A DNA stretch of 57,997 nucleotides, taken from Nemertoderma westbladi. Lineage: Eukaryota; Animalia; Xenacoelomorpha. Location of the stretch: positions 1-57,997 of the forward strand of contig JAUCBJ010007595.1 in assembly GCA_032718475.1 (NCBI GenBank), given 5' to 3'. The notes beneath the pieces were generated by a model. That model was not told the origin of the DNA and made no database searches. It saw only the letters and a program-made list of their open reading frames with translations. Below are positions 19,201 to 33,100 of the stretch, one piece after another (position 1 is the first letter of the stretch; every line of letters starts with the position of its first letter). A program made the translations under genes and the position numbers.

Positions 19201-22200
19201 AATAGTTAGGTAATCTAACAGTTAGTTACAATAGTTAGGTAATCTAACAGTTAGTTACAATAGTTAGATAATCTAACAGTTAGTTAAAATAGTTAGGTAA
19301 TATAAAAGTTAGTTACAATAGTTAGGTAATATAATAGTTAATTACAATAGTTAGATAATCTAACAGTTAGTTGCAATAGTTAGGTAATCTAACAGTTAGT
19401 TACAATAGTTAGGTAATCTAACAGTTAGTTACAATAGTTAGATAATCTAATAGTTAGTTACAATAGTTAGGTAATCTAACAGTTAGTTACAATAGTTAGG
19501 TCATCTAACAGTTAGTTACCATAGTTAGGTAATCTAACAGTTAGTTACAATAGTTAGGTAATATAATAGTTAATTACAATAGTTAGGTAAGCTAACAGTT
19601 AGTTACAATAGTTAGGTAATCTAACAGTTAGTTACAATAGTTAGGTAATCTAATAGTTAGTTACAATAGTTAGGTAATCTAACAGTTAGTTACCATAGTT
19701 AGGTAATATAATAGTTAATTACAATAGTTAGGTAATCTAACAGTTAGTTACAATAGTTAGGTAATCTAACAGTTAGTTACAATAGTTAGGTAATCTAACA
19801 GTTAGTTACAATAGTTAGGTAATCTAATAGTTAGTTACAATAGTTAGGTAATCTAACAGTTAGTTACAATAGTTAGGTAATCTAACAGTTAGTTACAATA
19901 GTTAGGTAATCTAATAGTTAGTTACAATAGTTAGGTAATCTAACAGTTAGTTACCATAGTTAGGTAATATGATAGTTAATTACAATAGTTAGGTAATCTA
20001 ACAGTTAGTTACAGTAGTTAGGTAATCTAACAGTTAGTTACAATAGTTAGGTAATCTAACAGTTAGTTACCATAGTTAGGTAATCTAACAGTTAGTTACC
20101 ATAGTTAGGTAATCTAATAGTTAGTTACAATAGTTAGGTAATCTAACAGTTAGTTACCATAGTTAGGTAATATGATAGTTAATTACAATAGTTAGGTAAT
20201 CTAACAGTTAGTTAGAGTAGTTAGGTAATCTAACAGTTAGTTACAATAGTTAGGTAATCTAACAGTTAGTTACCATAGTTAGGTAATATGATAGTTAATT
20301 ACAATAGTTAGGTAATCTAACAGTTAGTTACAGTAGTTAGGTAATCTAACAGTTAGTTACAATAGTTAGGTAATCTAACAGTTAGTTACAATAGTTAGGT
20401 AATCTAACAGTTAGTTACAATAGTTAGGTAATCTAACAGTCAGTTACAATAGTTAGGTAATCTAACAGTTAGTTACAGTAGTTAGGTAATCTAACAGTTA
20501 GTTACAGTAGTTAGGTAATCTAACAGTTAGTTACAATAGTTAGGTAATCTAACAGTCAGTTACAATAGTTAGGTAATCTAACAGTCAGTTACAATAGTTA
20601 GGTAATCTAACAGTTAGTTACAGTAGTTAGGTAATCTAACAGTTAGTTACAATAGTTAGGTAATCTAACAGTTAGTTACAATAGTTAGGTAATATAAAAG
20701 TTAGTTACAATAGTTAGGTAATGTAATAGTTAGTTAAAATAGTTAGGTCATCTAACAGTTAGTTACCATAGTTAGGTAATCTAACAGTTAGTTACAATAG
20801 TTAGGTAATCGAACAGTTAGTTACCATAGTTAGGTAATATAATAGTTAATTACAATAGTTAGGTAATCTTACAGTTAGTTACCATAGTTAGGTAATATAA
20901 TAGTTAATTACAATAGTTAGGTAATCTAACAGTTAGTTACAGTAGTTAGGTAATCTAACAGTTAGTTACAATAGTTAGGTAATCTAACAGTTAGTTACAA
21001 TAGTTAGGTAATATAAAAGTTAGTTACAATAGTTAGGTAATGTAATAGTTAGTTAAAATAGTTAGGTCATCTAACAGTTAGTTACCATAGTTAGGTCATC
21101 TAACAGTTAGTTACAATAGTTAGGTAATCTAACAGTTAGTTACAATAGTTAGGTAATCTAACAGTTAGTTACAATAGTTAGATAATCTAACAGTTAGTTA
21201 AAATAGTTAGGTAATATAAAAGTTAGTTACAATAGTTAGGTAATATAATAGTTAATTACAATAGTTAGATAATCTAACAGTTAGTTACAATAGTTAGGTA
21301 ATCTAACAGTTAGTTACAATAGTTAGGTAATCTAACAGTTAGTTACAATAGTTAGATAATCTAATAGTTAGTTACAATAGTTAGGTAATCTAACAGTTAG
21401 TTACAATAGTTAGGTAATCTAACAGTTAGTTACAATAGTTAGGTAATCTAACAGTTAGTTACAATAGTTAGATAATATAATAGTTAGTTACAATAGTTAG
21501 GTAATCTACTAGTTAGTTACAATAGTTAGGTAATCTAACAGTTAGTTACAATAGTTGAGTAATCTAACAGTTAGTTACAATAGTTAGGTAATCTAACAGT
21601 TAGTTACAATAGTTAGGTAATCTAACAGTTAGTTACAATAGTTAGGTCATCTAACAGTTAGTTACCATAGTTAGGTAATCTAACAGTTAGTTACAATAGT
21701 TAGGTAATCTAACAGTTAGTTACAATAGTTAGGTAATCTAACAGATGTAAAACAATAGTTGGGTAATCTAACAGTTAGTTACAATAGTTAGGTAATCTAA
21801 CAGTTAGTTACAATAGTTAGATAATCTAATAGTTAGTTACAATAGTTAGGTAATCTAACAGTTAGTTACAATAGTTAGATAATGTAATAGTTAGTTACAA
21901 TAGTTAGGTAATCTAACAGTTAGTTACAATAATTAGGTAATCTAACAGTCAGTTGCAATAGTTAGGTAATCTAACAGTTAGTTACAATAGTTAGGTAATC
22001 TAACAGTTAGTTACAATAGTTGGGTAATCTAACAGTTAGTTACAATAGTTAGGTAATCTAATAGTTAGTTACAGTAGTTAGGTAATATAATAGTTAGTTA
22101 ATATAGTTAGGTAATATAAAAGTTAGTTACAATAGTTAGGTAATCTACTAGTTAGTTATAAGAGATAGGTAATCTAACAGTTAGTTACAATAGTTAGGTA

Positions 22201-24920
22201 ATCTAACAGTTAGTTACAATAGTTAGGTAATCTAACAGTTAGTTACAATTAATAGTTAGGTAATCTAAAAGTTAGTTATAATAGTTGGGTAATCTAACAG
22301 TTAGTTACAATAGTTAGGTAATCTAACATGACAATAGTTAGGTAATCTAACAGTTAGTTACAATAGTTAGATAATCTAACAGTTAGTTACAATAGTTAGG
22401 TAATCTAACAGTTAGTTACAATAGTTAGGTAATCTAACAGTTAGTTACAATAGTTAGATAATCTAACAGTTAGTTACAATAGTTAGGTAATCTAACAGTC
22501 AGTTGCAATAGTTAGGTAATCTAACAGTTATTTACAATAGTTAGGTAATCTAACAGTCAGTTGCAATAGTTAGGTAATCTAACAGTTAGTTACAATAGTT
22601 AGGTAATCTAACAGTCAGTTGCAATATTTAGGTAATCTAACAGTTATTTACAATAGTTAGGTAATCTAACAGTCAGTTGCAATAGTTAGGTAATCTAACA
22701 GTTAGTTACAATAGTTAGGTATTCCAATAGTTAGTTAGAATAGTTAGGTAATATAATAGTTAGTTACAATAGTTAGATAATGTAATAGTTAGTTACAATA
22801 GTTAGGTAATCTAATAGTTAGTTACAATAGTTAGGTAATCTAACAGTTAGTTAGAATAGTTAGGTCATCTAACAGTTAATTACAATAGTTAGGTAATCTA
22901 ACAGTTAGTTACAATAGTTAGGTAATCTAACAGTTAGTTACAATAGTTAGATAATCTAATAGTTAGTTACAATAGTTAGGTAATCTAACAGTTAGTTACA
23001 ATAGTTAGATAATCTAACAGTTAGATACAATAGTTAGGTAATATAATAGTTAATTACAATAGTTAGGTAATCTAACAGTTAGTTACAATAGTTAGGTAAT
23101 CTAACAGTTAATTACAATAGTTAGGTAATCTAACAGTTAGTTACAATAGTTAGGTAATCTAATAGTTAGTTACAATAGTTAGGTAATCTAACAGTCAGTT
23201 ACAATAGTTAGGTAATCTAACAGTTAGTTACAATAGTTAGGTAATCTAATAGTTAGTTACAATAGTTAGTTAATCTAATAGTTAGTTACAATAGTTAGGT
23301 AATCTAACAGTTAGTTACAATAGTTAGATAATCTAATAGTTAGTTACAATAGTTAGGTAATCTAACAGTTAGTTACAATAGTTAGGTAATCTAATAGTTA
23401 GTTACAATAGTTAGGTAATATAATAGTTAGTTACAGTAGTTAGGTAATCTAACAGTTAGTTACAATAGTTAGGTAATCTAACAGTTAGTTACAATAGTTA
23501 GATAATCTAATAGTTAGTTACAATAGTTAGGTAATCTAACAGTTAGTTACAATAGTTAGATAATCTAACAGTTAGATACAATAGTTAGGTAATATAATAG
23601 TTAATTACAATAGTTAGGTAATCTAACAGTTAGTTACAATAGTTAGGTAATCTAACAGTTAATTACAATAGTTAGGTAATCTAACAGTTAGTTACAATAG
23701 TTAGGTAATCTAATAGTTAGTTACAATAGTTAGGTAATCTAACAGTCAGTTACAATAGTTAGGTAATCTAATAGTTAGTTACAATAGTTAGGTAATCTAA
23801 TAGTTAGTTACAATAGTTAGGTAATCTAACAGTTAGTTACAATAGTTAGATAATCTAATAGTTAGTTACAATAGTTAGGTAATCTAACAGTTAGTTACAA
23901 TAGTTAGGTAATCTAATAGTTAGTTACAATAGTTAGGTAATCTAATAGTTAGTTACAATAGTTAGGTAATCTAACAGTTAGTTACAATAGTTAGGTAATC
24001 TAACAGTTAGTTACAATAGTTAGGTAATCTAATAGTTAGTTACAATAGTTAGGTAATCTAATAGTTAGTTACAATAGTTAGGTAATCTAACAGTTAGTTA
24101 CAATAGTTAGGTAATCTAACAGTTAGTTACAATAGTTAGATAATCTAATAGTTAGTTACAATAGTTAGGTAATCTAACAGTTAGTTACAATAGTTAGGTA
24201 ATCTAACAGTTAGTTACAATAGTTAGGTAATATAATAGTTAGTTACAGTAGTTAGGTAATCTAACAGTTAGTTACAATAGTTAGGTAATCTAACAGTTAG
24301 TTACAATAGTTAGGTAATCTAACAGTTAGTTACAATAGTTAGGTAATCTAATAGTTAGTTACAATAGTTAGGTAATCTAACAGTTAGTTACAATAGTTAG
24401 GTAATCTAATAGTTAGTTACAATAGTTAGGTAATCTAATAGTTAGTTACAATAGTTAGGTAATCTAACAGTTAGTTACAATAGTTAGGTAATCTAATAGT
24501 TAGTTACAATAGTTAGGTAATCTAACAGTTAGTTACAATAGTTAGGTAATCTAATAGTTAGTTACAATAGTTAGGTAATCTATTAGTTAGTTACAATAGT
24601 TAGGTAATCTAACAGTTAGTTACAATAGTTAGGTAATCTAACAGTTAGTTACAATAGTTAGATAATCTAATAGTTAGTTACAATAGTTAGGTAATCTAAC
24701 AGTTAGTTACAATAGTTAGGTAATCTAATAGTTAGTTACAATAGTTAGGTAATATAATAGTTAGTTACAGTAGTTAGGTAATCTAACAGTTAGTTACAAT
24801 AGTTAGGTAATCTAACAGTTAGTTATAAGAGTTATGTAATCTACTAGTTAGTTATAAGAGTTAGGTAATATAGTTAGATAATAGTTAGACAATAGTTAGA
24901 TAATCTAATAGTTATTTACG
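16226..24920. repeat. 29-bp satellite, ~300 copies
   Basis: Consensus ACAATAGTTAGGTAATCTAACAGTTAGTT, highly homogeneous, with recurrent variants. Confidence 0.97.
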
Positions 24921-25329
24921 ATACACTGCGGGAGTATTTGTAAATATCATTGTTAGAAATCCAAAAGTTAATTATGTAGTAAATTTAATAGAAGTAAATA
25001 CGTAGATCAATAAATATATTTTGTATTGCAATAATAACTTATAATAATCTTAATGTGACAAACACTGTTCAACTAAATGATAAAATAACACAATTTATGT
25101 TAAAACAACAATTTACTAAAACAGTAACTGAAAGATATACAACTAGCGATGTATTTATTATATGGCGTAACTATAATTATTTACTGCAATAAAATTAGTA
25201 CTAATAATGGAGGCAAATACTAAAATATGTTAATCAAATCACTGTGTTTAACTATTTGTGGTGTCGACCGAGTCTAGTTTTGCAAAAAGTGCAAGATAAG
25301 AAGTAGATTATTCAACGGGGTGAAATAAA

Positions 25330-26050
25330 GAACCAATGCGACAAAGAGGGCTGACTGTCCTGGAAGATAAGCTTTGCCTTAGCGCAGTGGGTATTTAAGA
25401 GCACCGAATGCAGACTGGACAGACTGATGAGGTTCTGATTAAGGACATGGGGGGCGGTTGGCGACTTGCCCTCGCATCAGCAGATGATAGTGGTAATGGT
25501 CGAATTGGTCTATTGATGAATCCAACTGCACATGCAGCATTGGACAAAATAGACCAAATCTCTAACCGCATCATCTGTTGCCACTTCTCATGTTCTGGAA
25601 GACTTGCTAAGAAGTTCCCTAAGGTGGTTCTGATTGTGTGCTACTCTCCAACTAGTGTTGCCCCTGTAGAGGAGGTGGAAAATTTCTACCACAATCTACA
25701 AGCAGCTATTGATGGAGTGGATCAGCATGCACTCCTAAGTTTCCTGGATAACTTTAATGCAAGTCTACATCACTTATCTTCATCTATATCGTCTTGGATC
25801 TTTAGCAATAGTGTCAACCGAAATTCCGTCCATCTTCAAGATTTTATCTCCGTAAATGGATTGTTTTCGGCTGGAACTCAGTTCAAGATGCGAACTGAAA
25901 AACTATGAACTCATACTGGACCCAGTGGTCACAAGTCCCAGATAGACCATATACGAGCTCTGTACAAGACTGTAGTGCATTTACACTTCGACCCTTCTCC
26001 AGTGATTACTGCCTTATTGTGGCCAAGGAAAACTTAGGTTCTGCGCAAGC
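25330..26050 (+). pseudogene. Decayed LINE (RTE-like) APE endonuclease fragment
   Basis: GRIGLLM..ISNRII..CYSPT..VENFY..DNFNA..NRN..; after a stop, THTGPSGHKSQIDHI. Parallels the RTE endonuclease at 36392. Confidence 0.8.
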
Positions 26051-27001
26051 AGAATGACAATATCTGCCTTGCCACGGCATGACCTTTTTCAACTGAACTA
26101 TATCTATATTGTTCGTAAATTTTGATACCCGGCTTTTCCACAATTAAATCTTGGATTAGATAAGTTAGTAATATATTAACAGTCAGTATGTAGTAACTCA
26201 AGTAGGCCTACCGCTACTGAATTGGTAGACATATTAGTGTTAGTTGTAGTGCAGTTTCTGAACCTGTATGTATTTCAATAATATTTAACTGAATAAACAG
26301 TGTTGGGAGGGGCTTGTAAAACTGTCGTTATTCATTTTATTAGCCACCTACCGTAACTGCTTCAAAAGTTGATTCAACTACATTTAGATAAAAACGTAGC
26401 TGCTTCTTACTTCAGCTAATTTATTTACAGTCATAGAAGTTGATTCTTAATTTACCGGTACATATTAATATATAGCTGCATATTGGTGCAGTACTCACAT
26501 TCTAGTTCGTTTGATTTGCAATGCTGCTAATTCTGGGAATTTGTTTGCGGGTATCATGATCTCTTATAGATCTGTGGTAAGTCATGTGCGCATATTTCTA
26601 CCGCACTGGAGACCTACATTTATACAGCATAAACATACATGCCTACTATGTTACATATACGTATGTACAGTACAATATACAGTACTATTAGGAAAGTTGA
26701 TCAATAACCTTATATGCATTCATCACACAATGTTACACAGGGTAGATTGTTGTAATCTTAATCCACCAAGTATTAAAATTAGGGCATGATAATTACTCTG
26801 AAGATGCCTCCTGTTGAAAATATAACTCCTGTGTTGTCGCCAATCGATACGTTTGAAATGTATAGCTTAGCATAACCGAATTCATCTTTATTATTGTTTG
26901 CATTAATGTTATAATTAAATGTTAAAGCTAATTTACATTGTATAATTTAAAGGTAACTTTACAACAAATATATCTTGAAGAATTTCGAGACCATTAACAT
27001 A

Positions 27002-27119
27002 ATGGGTGTAGCAGTAGCAGGCCTGTGTCTAGTTATTGCTATTCTGCAAGGCTTTCGGCCTTCATGTGCAGTGGTTATTAGAGAAAGATACGATATTCTG
27101 GATCTAATGGAAAGACAGG
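27002..27119 (+). CDS. First coding exon (signal peptide) of a putative mucin-like gene
   Basis: MGVAVAGLCLVIAILQGFRPSCA-VVIRERYDILDLMERQ then G|GTTGGT, a phase-1 donor compatible with the downstream micro-exons. Confidence 0.6.
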
Positions 27120-30100
27120 GTTGGTTTGAATCGTTCGTTTACAATCATTATACCACTATCACTCACTGTGGTTGGCACTATTTTATATTTCTGTTTCGAT
27201 TTTCCTTGACATTTTGAAAAAATTCCCTGAATGCAGGTACACTACATTTGAATAGAATATATAGTGACTAATATTGGCCGCTTAGTGAATACTCTACTCT
27301 GTAGGCTTACTGCAGTACTGGAGTAATCCATAATCATGCAACTGGTAATCAATCAGTGTTATTGTACATGGGTTATGGGTAGCACGTCATCTTAAGTTAG
27401 CGACATTATAAATGCCACTAAATTTTAAATCTATTATTACACCAAGTTAACTTCAATATCTATTTTCACCTGGATGCATGGATGATTATTTTTAAACGAT
27501 CTAACTGTTTTCGTCTAATTCCCTACATTCCAACTGTTTTCGCTTGTTTTCGCCTGTTTTGGACTGTTGTCACAATCTAGTACTATCCCCGCTTTATCTT
27601 ATTCTCTTTACCTTATTATATTCCTGTGATTACTTTTATTATCAAGGTAGGTAAATTACGGTACCTCAACCAATGACTGACAAAGAAGCGAATAGATGGA
27701 GTGCTCCTATATAAATGGGGAGCGAAGCGAACAGATACGATTTTACACATCTTCGCTTACATTTTCTCTCTGTCCTCTCTATATCACCTGACATTTGAAG
27801 AAAAAAATTTAAATTTCCTTACTATTCCAGGGTGAGTGGCAACCCCTTGAGAACGTGCCGCATAAAATCACCCATGGAATACCAAATATAGATTCCAAGA
27901 ATCTATACAGGTAATAATCAATTAGCGATTCATCCATTATAGATAAAATGTTTACTACTCAGGGCCTGTAGCATGGATGGTATATAAAAACTCCTGTCAG
28001 TTTTCATACAAACTGTGGAAATTGTACTTTTGTAATAATTGGTGAACTAATTTAAAAGGTACAGCCTTCTTAATGAATTCAATAAAAAGGCGCTATCTCA
28101 GAAAATGTATAGAGATAGCATATTTCTAAATGCTATAATCGGCCTACTGCATTGAAACTGCACATTGAGATGCTATGCCACCTTGACAAAAATATTTTGT
28201 CACCACCATGCAATACATAATTGGCAAGCCCAATGCGGCGTGCATTGCGAATGCTATGCCGGCTTATCAAGAAAGTTGCACCGCCACAACTCCCTATCTC
28301 CCATGATTTTTGCGAGACTATCCGCAAAATATTGCAGGTTGCAATGTGTGGCAATTAAGTTTCGACTAGTTGCGTGTTATACTAACATTTTTGTTATTGT
28401 ATACACCATAACCCTTAATACAACTAATACCAACTAATCCAACTTAATACCTTAATACCCTGGCCGGATTTTTTAATTCATGAGCTATTTCGATACAACA
28501 AGCCGTTAAAAATCGTCGATTTCGCAATATTTAGCCACCTCCGTCAGCTTTATTTTTCGTCTTTGGAATGAAATCTAGATATCATTAGAACCGCCTTCAT
28601 CTGCAGATTCCGAATATGAAACCCGTTGTAAATTTCACCAAGAACTTCCGGAGATATTATCAAAATACTAAGGTGTAAATTTTTGTGACGTAAATCACTA
28701 TAATTCTGATATTTTGTTGTCTTTATTCTAGAATATTAATTATTATTTAGCTGAGCGTTTAAAACTCTCGATCTTGTTTATTTATTACCCATAATTAATA
28801 TTCTAGAATTGAGTAAAAAAAACATTAGAATTATAGCGATTTACGTCAACTAAATTTACACCTTAGTATTTTGATAATATCTCCGGAAGTTCTTGGTGAA
28901 ATTTACAACTGGTTTCATATTCGGAATCTGCAGATGAAGGCGGTTATAATGATATCTAGATTTCATTCCAAAGACGAAAAATAAACCTGACGGAGGTGGC
29001 TAGATATTGCGAAATAGATGATTTTTAACGGCTTGTTGTATCGAAATAGCTCATAAATTAAAAAATCCGGCCAGGCCACCTGTAAGAAAAGGTGTCGATC
29101 TATCATCATACCAAATTTTGTAGCATTTTATTGAAATTTGAAAAAAATTAGGGGGGGAGGGGGGGGGGGGGGGGGGCTCCGACCCCCTAAAAATGGTTGT
29201 TGTATTAAGTGGTATAGGTATATTTTTAAATGCTTAATAGCAATACTTATTATTTTATTCATTATAGTTACTACGTCTACCATGGATAATTCTGTATCGG
29301 ATTCCACTACCCATACCCAATCGGGTTAGTATTCCATCTTGTATTGTTTTATGTTATACAAAACTGCAAACTTACAAAACTAGCTGGTCAGCTTCACGTT
29401 TACTTGAGATAAATATCTTTATGACCTTAGCTGTATAATCAGTAATAATCAGCTTGAGGGATGTTGTACCAAAATGCTGACATCAGAATGAGTTAGGGTT
29501 GGGGGGAAAAACGAAGTCAGATCTTTGGGGTGATCAAAATAGGTGGAATTTGGTGCCAATATTTCGGCCACAACATGTAATAATAATAATAAATAATTAT
29601 TTATATTATACAAATAAATAAATTTATATTAATTCCACCTATTTTGATCACCCCAAAGATCTGACTTCGTTTTTCCCCCCAACCCTAACTCGATTATGTT
29701 TACCCCGGTGATCTGGGCCCGTAACTATCTTTGTAGACATCAGAATGATGTATTGTGTTACTATGCAAACTGTCAGATTCTAGTCGGCATCGTTCTGGTA
29801 GACATTCGGTAGACGGGTTAGACGGGTTTCTAACCTTAGCTGTATAATGGACAATGGCCCCCGGATATTTGCTCCCCGGTCAATTATCCCCGATATTTTA
29901 TTTAATGAATATATTTTTAATTATTAATTTTTTTTTAAATAATTATAAATATTTATTAATTTAATTATTTTAACTATTAATTTTTAATTCATTGAATGTT
30001 TCCCTATGGTTTTATGGAATTCAAGAAATAATATTAACCTTGATAAACACTTCTAAACTTTAATTTTTTTGATTTTCTCGAAAAATCCAAGATTTTTTCT

Positions 30101-33100
30101 CTAACAATTTAATTTAATCACCATTTCTAAACTTTTAATTTTATGTGTTTTTCAAAGTATGCACGATTTAAATTTGATTGTCTTTATGCTAGCTATAGTT
30201 TTTTATGACATAATTTATTTTTATTGTAATTAATTACTTCAATTGGAAAATATAGAAATTATTGAGCACATAAATAAGCAAACATTGATGTTTTATTAAA
30301 TATAAATCGGACTTAGCTATATAAAATTATTGTTTAATGTTGTAAGGAAGACTAAATTGCTGTGATGAACGAACTTATTTAATTTGCAATTTTCCTTGGG
30401 GCCAATTTTTTGTTTGGCGGCCAAGTATAATTGCGGGGAAATTGTCCGAGGGGAAATATTCCTGGGAGCAATTGTCCTGCGGCAGGCAATTGTCCGGGGG
30501 CAATTGTCCGGGGTGCCGATCTTCATCACGTCGTCCAGTGCACTGCAACATTTCGGAAACGTCAATCCTCCATGCAAATGCTGGGACGGATCCAAAGCCC
30601 ACTGGATAAACTTGAGAATAACTCTAACCCCCAGCCCCCCCCAGCACACGCATCCCTTGTTGGGTGCTATACTAACATTTTTGTTATATATATATTTTTT
30701 TAATATTAATACATATTATTTTATTCACTATAGATACTACCACGGATAATTCTGTATCAGCTACCATTACCCAAACGGGTTAGTATACCATCTGTTATTG
30801 TTTTATGTTATACAATAAGAAACAAAATGTCGATTAGTGGGCAAATCTCCACTCTATAGAGTTTGCACTATTCGCGCAATGTGGTGATGTATGGACATAA
30901 CCTACTATAGATACGACCCGCCAAGCTGCTTTAGTGGGCCAGTTATTTCTCATAGATAAAACCCCTGAAACAATACGTCTAGTGCGTTAGAAAGTACTTG
31001 TCCCTAACTAAAATTATGTCCTCTTTCAGATGAGACAAATAAAAATTTAATAGCTCCAGTAGTTTTCGAGATATGAGGAGTACATGGCACCCATACCATA
31101 TCAGCACTTTTCGGAATTGATAAAATTACTCAAAATACATCACCCTTCAAGACGTTGGTATTGCCATTAACCCTTTCGGTACGGATTCTACATTAATGTT
31201 TAGCCCCCAGGACCTGAATAAATTTGAGCAAAACCAAATTTTTTAATTTGTTAAATAATAATGTCGTAATAAGTATAACTACATACTTTACATTTTCATC
31301 CCTAGGGGTTTTCCTGGTCGCTGATTTCATTTCTGATGTCAGTTTTTACGACTGACCAACTCTAAGATGTCTGTGTCTGTATGTATGTCTGTTTGTCTGT
31401 CAGTCTGTCAAAAAATAAGGAAGCATACTATGTAATAAAAAAATTCGCCATGGGGGTTTTCCAGGTCGCTGATTTCATTTCTGATGGCAGTATCTACAAC
31501 TGACCAACACTAGGATGTGTCTGTGTCTGTATGTGAAAACTGACAACAGAAATGAAATCAACGCTGCACAGGAAAACCTCTTGTGAAAGTGCTTTATATA
31601 TCACATGGTTTATTCCAATCTTGAACAGACAAACCGACAGACAAACGACAGAGAAACGACAAACCGAGAGACAAATAGACGTACATACAGTCACGCAGTC
31701 ACGTGAGTCGAGCAGGCGTGAAAACTGGCATCAGAAATGAAATCAACGAACAGGAAAACCTCTGTTGAAAGTAGTGTTATCAACATCAGAGGACATACGT
31801 CAGAAATTACCTTTCGACTAGTTGCGTGTTATACTAACATTTTTGTTATGTATATTTTTAAATGTTTAATAGTAATACTTATTATTTTATTCATTATAGT
31901 TACTACGTCTACCATGGATAATTCTGTATCGGATACCACTACCCATACCCAATCGGGTTAGTATTCCATCTTGTATTATTTTATGTTATACAAAACTGCT
32001 CCTATCTGGTCAGCTCCACTTATACTTGAGATAAATATCTTTCTAACCTTAGCTGTATAATCAGTAATAATCAGCTTGAGGGATGTTTGCTGAGATCAGA
32101 ATGATGTATTGTGTTACTATGCAAACTGTCAGATTCTAGTCGGCATCGTTCTGGAAGAGGGATAACAGTTTGCACCAACTGTGAGTGTAGATCGATGGCC
32201 GGTCTTGCATTGCTTGAAATCTGCAAAAATGACTTAAAACTGGACACTAGTTGATTTTTACACAATATAGCTCAGGATTAAATTACCTTTAGACAAACTA
32301 ATGACAAGTTATGCTAAGATTTTTGTTATATTTTTAAATTTTAAGTTGAAACTTTTATTCATTATAGATACTACCATGGATAATTCTGTACCGACTACAA
32401 ATACCCATGCGGGTTAGTTTTATTCCAACTCGTATTGTTTTATGTTATATAACAAAATAAATGTTCAACCAAAATGACGATTAGTGGGTTTCTTGTTAAA
32501 ATAAATCGCCACTCTAGAGTTTGTACTTTTCGGGCAATGTGGTGATGTATGAACTTTTCTATAAGGGTTTACTGCAACGCTGAATCGAATAGAGCCACTT
32601 TCAGAGACACAAAACGTTGTGGTATGCGAGTTTTCATCAATAATTTAACAGAAATTTTCAATTTTGGTTTTCGGTATGTCAATAGAGGCACCCTATTTAT
32701 TGTTTAATGTTTTGAGTGTTTCCTATTCGATTCAACATCTCAGTAAACCCTTATAAAAATGACCAAATACGAAAATATTAAATTTTAACTTGATTTTCAC
32801 AATTTACAAATTTAGTGTGCCACGCCCACTTTTCTAGCACCAAAAATGCCACATCATCGGTCAATTTAAATGTGTTAAATTTTCTGCCATTCTATTAAGC
32901 CTGCCAGAAAACTCCCTCAAACAATGTTAAAATAAAATATTATACATTTTACTGCGAAATATAAAATGAACATATTTATGTGCCGCAATAATATGGTGCC
33001 CCAAAAATATCATAGCAGAACATTTTCATGTTTTGGTACCGGTAGTACTCCCTGATTCTCTTAAAACCCGCATAAAACCATTAAACGAAATTGCTAAAAT

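Noticed and set aside
16226-24920. Telomeric (TTAGG)n array, or a link to the PBS via the shared TTAGTTAC
   Set aside because: TTAGG occurs once per 29-mer and is not tandem; the short AT-rich match to the PBS complement is plausibly chance.
31737-31961. 74-aa membrane peptide ORFs ending TTSTMDNSVSDTTTHTQSG (also 29138, 41771, 49628)
   Set aside because: The hydrophobic part is translated AT-rich intron and is not frame-conserved in other copies; only the spliced 57-nt portion is conserved.
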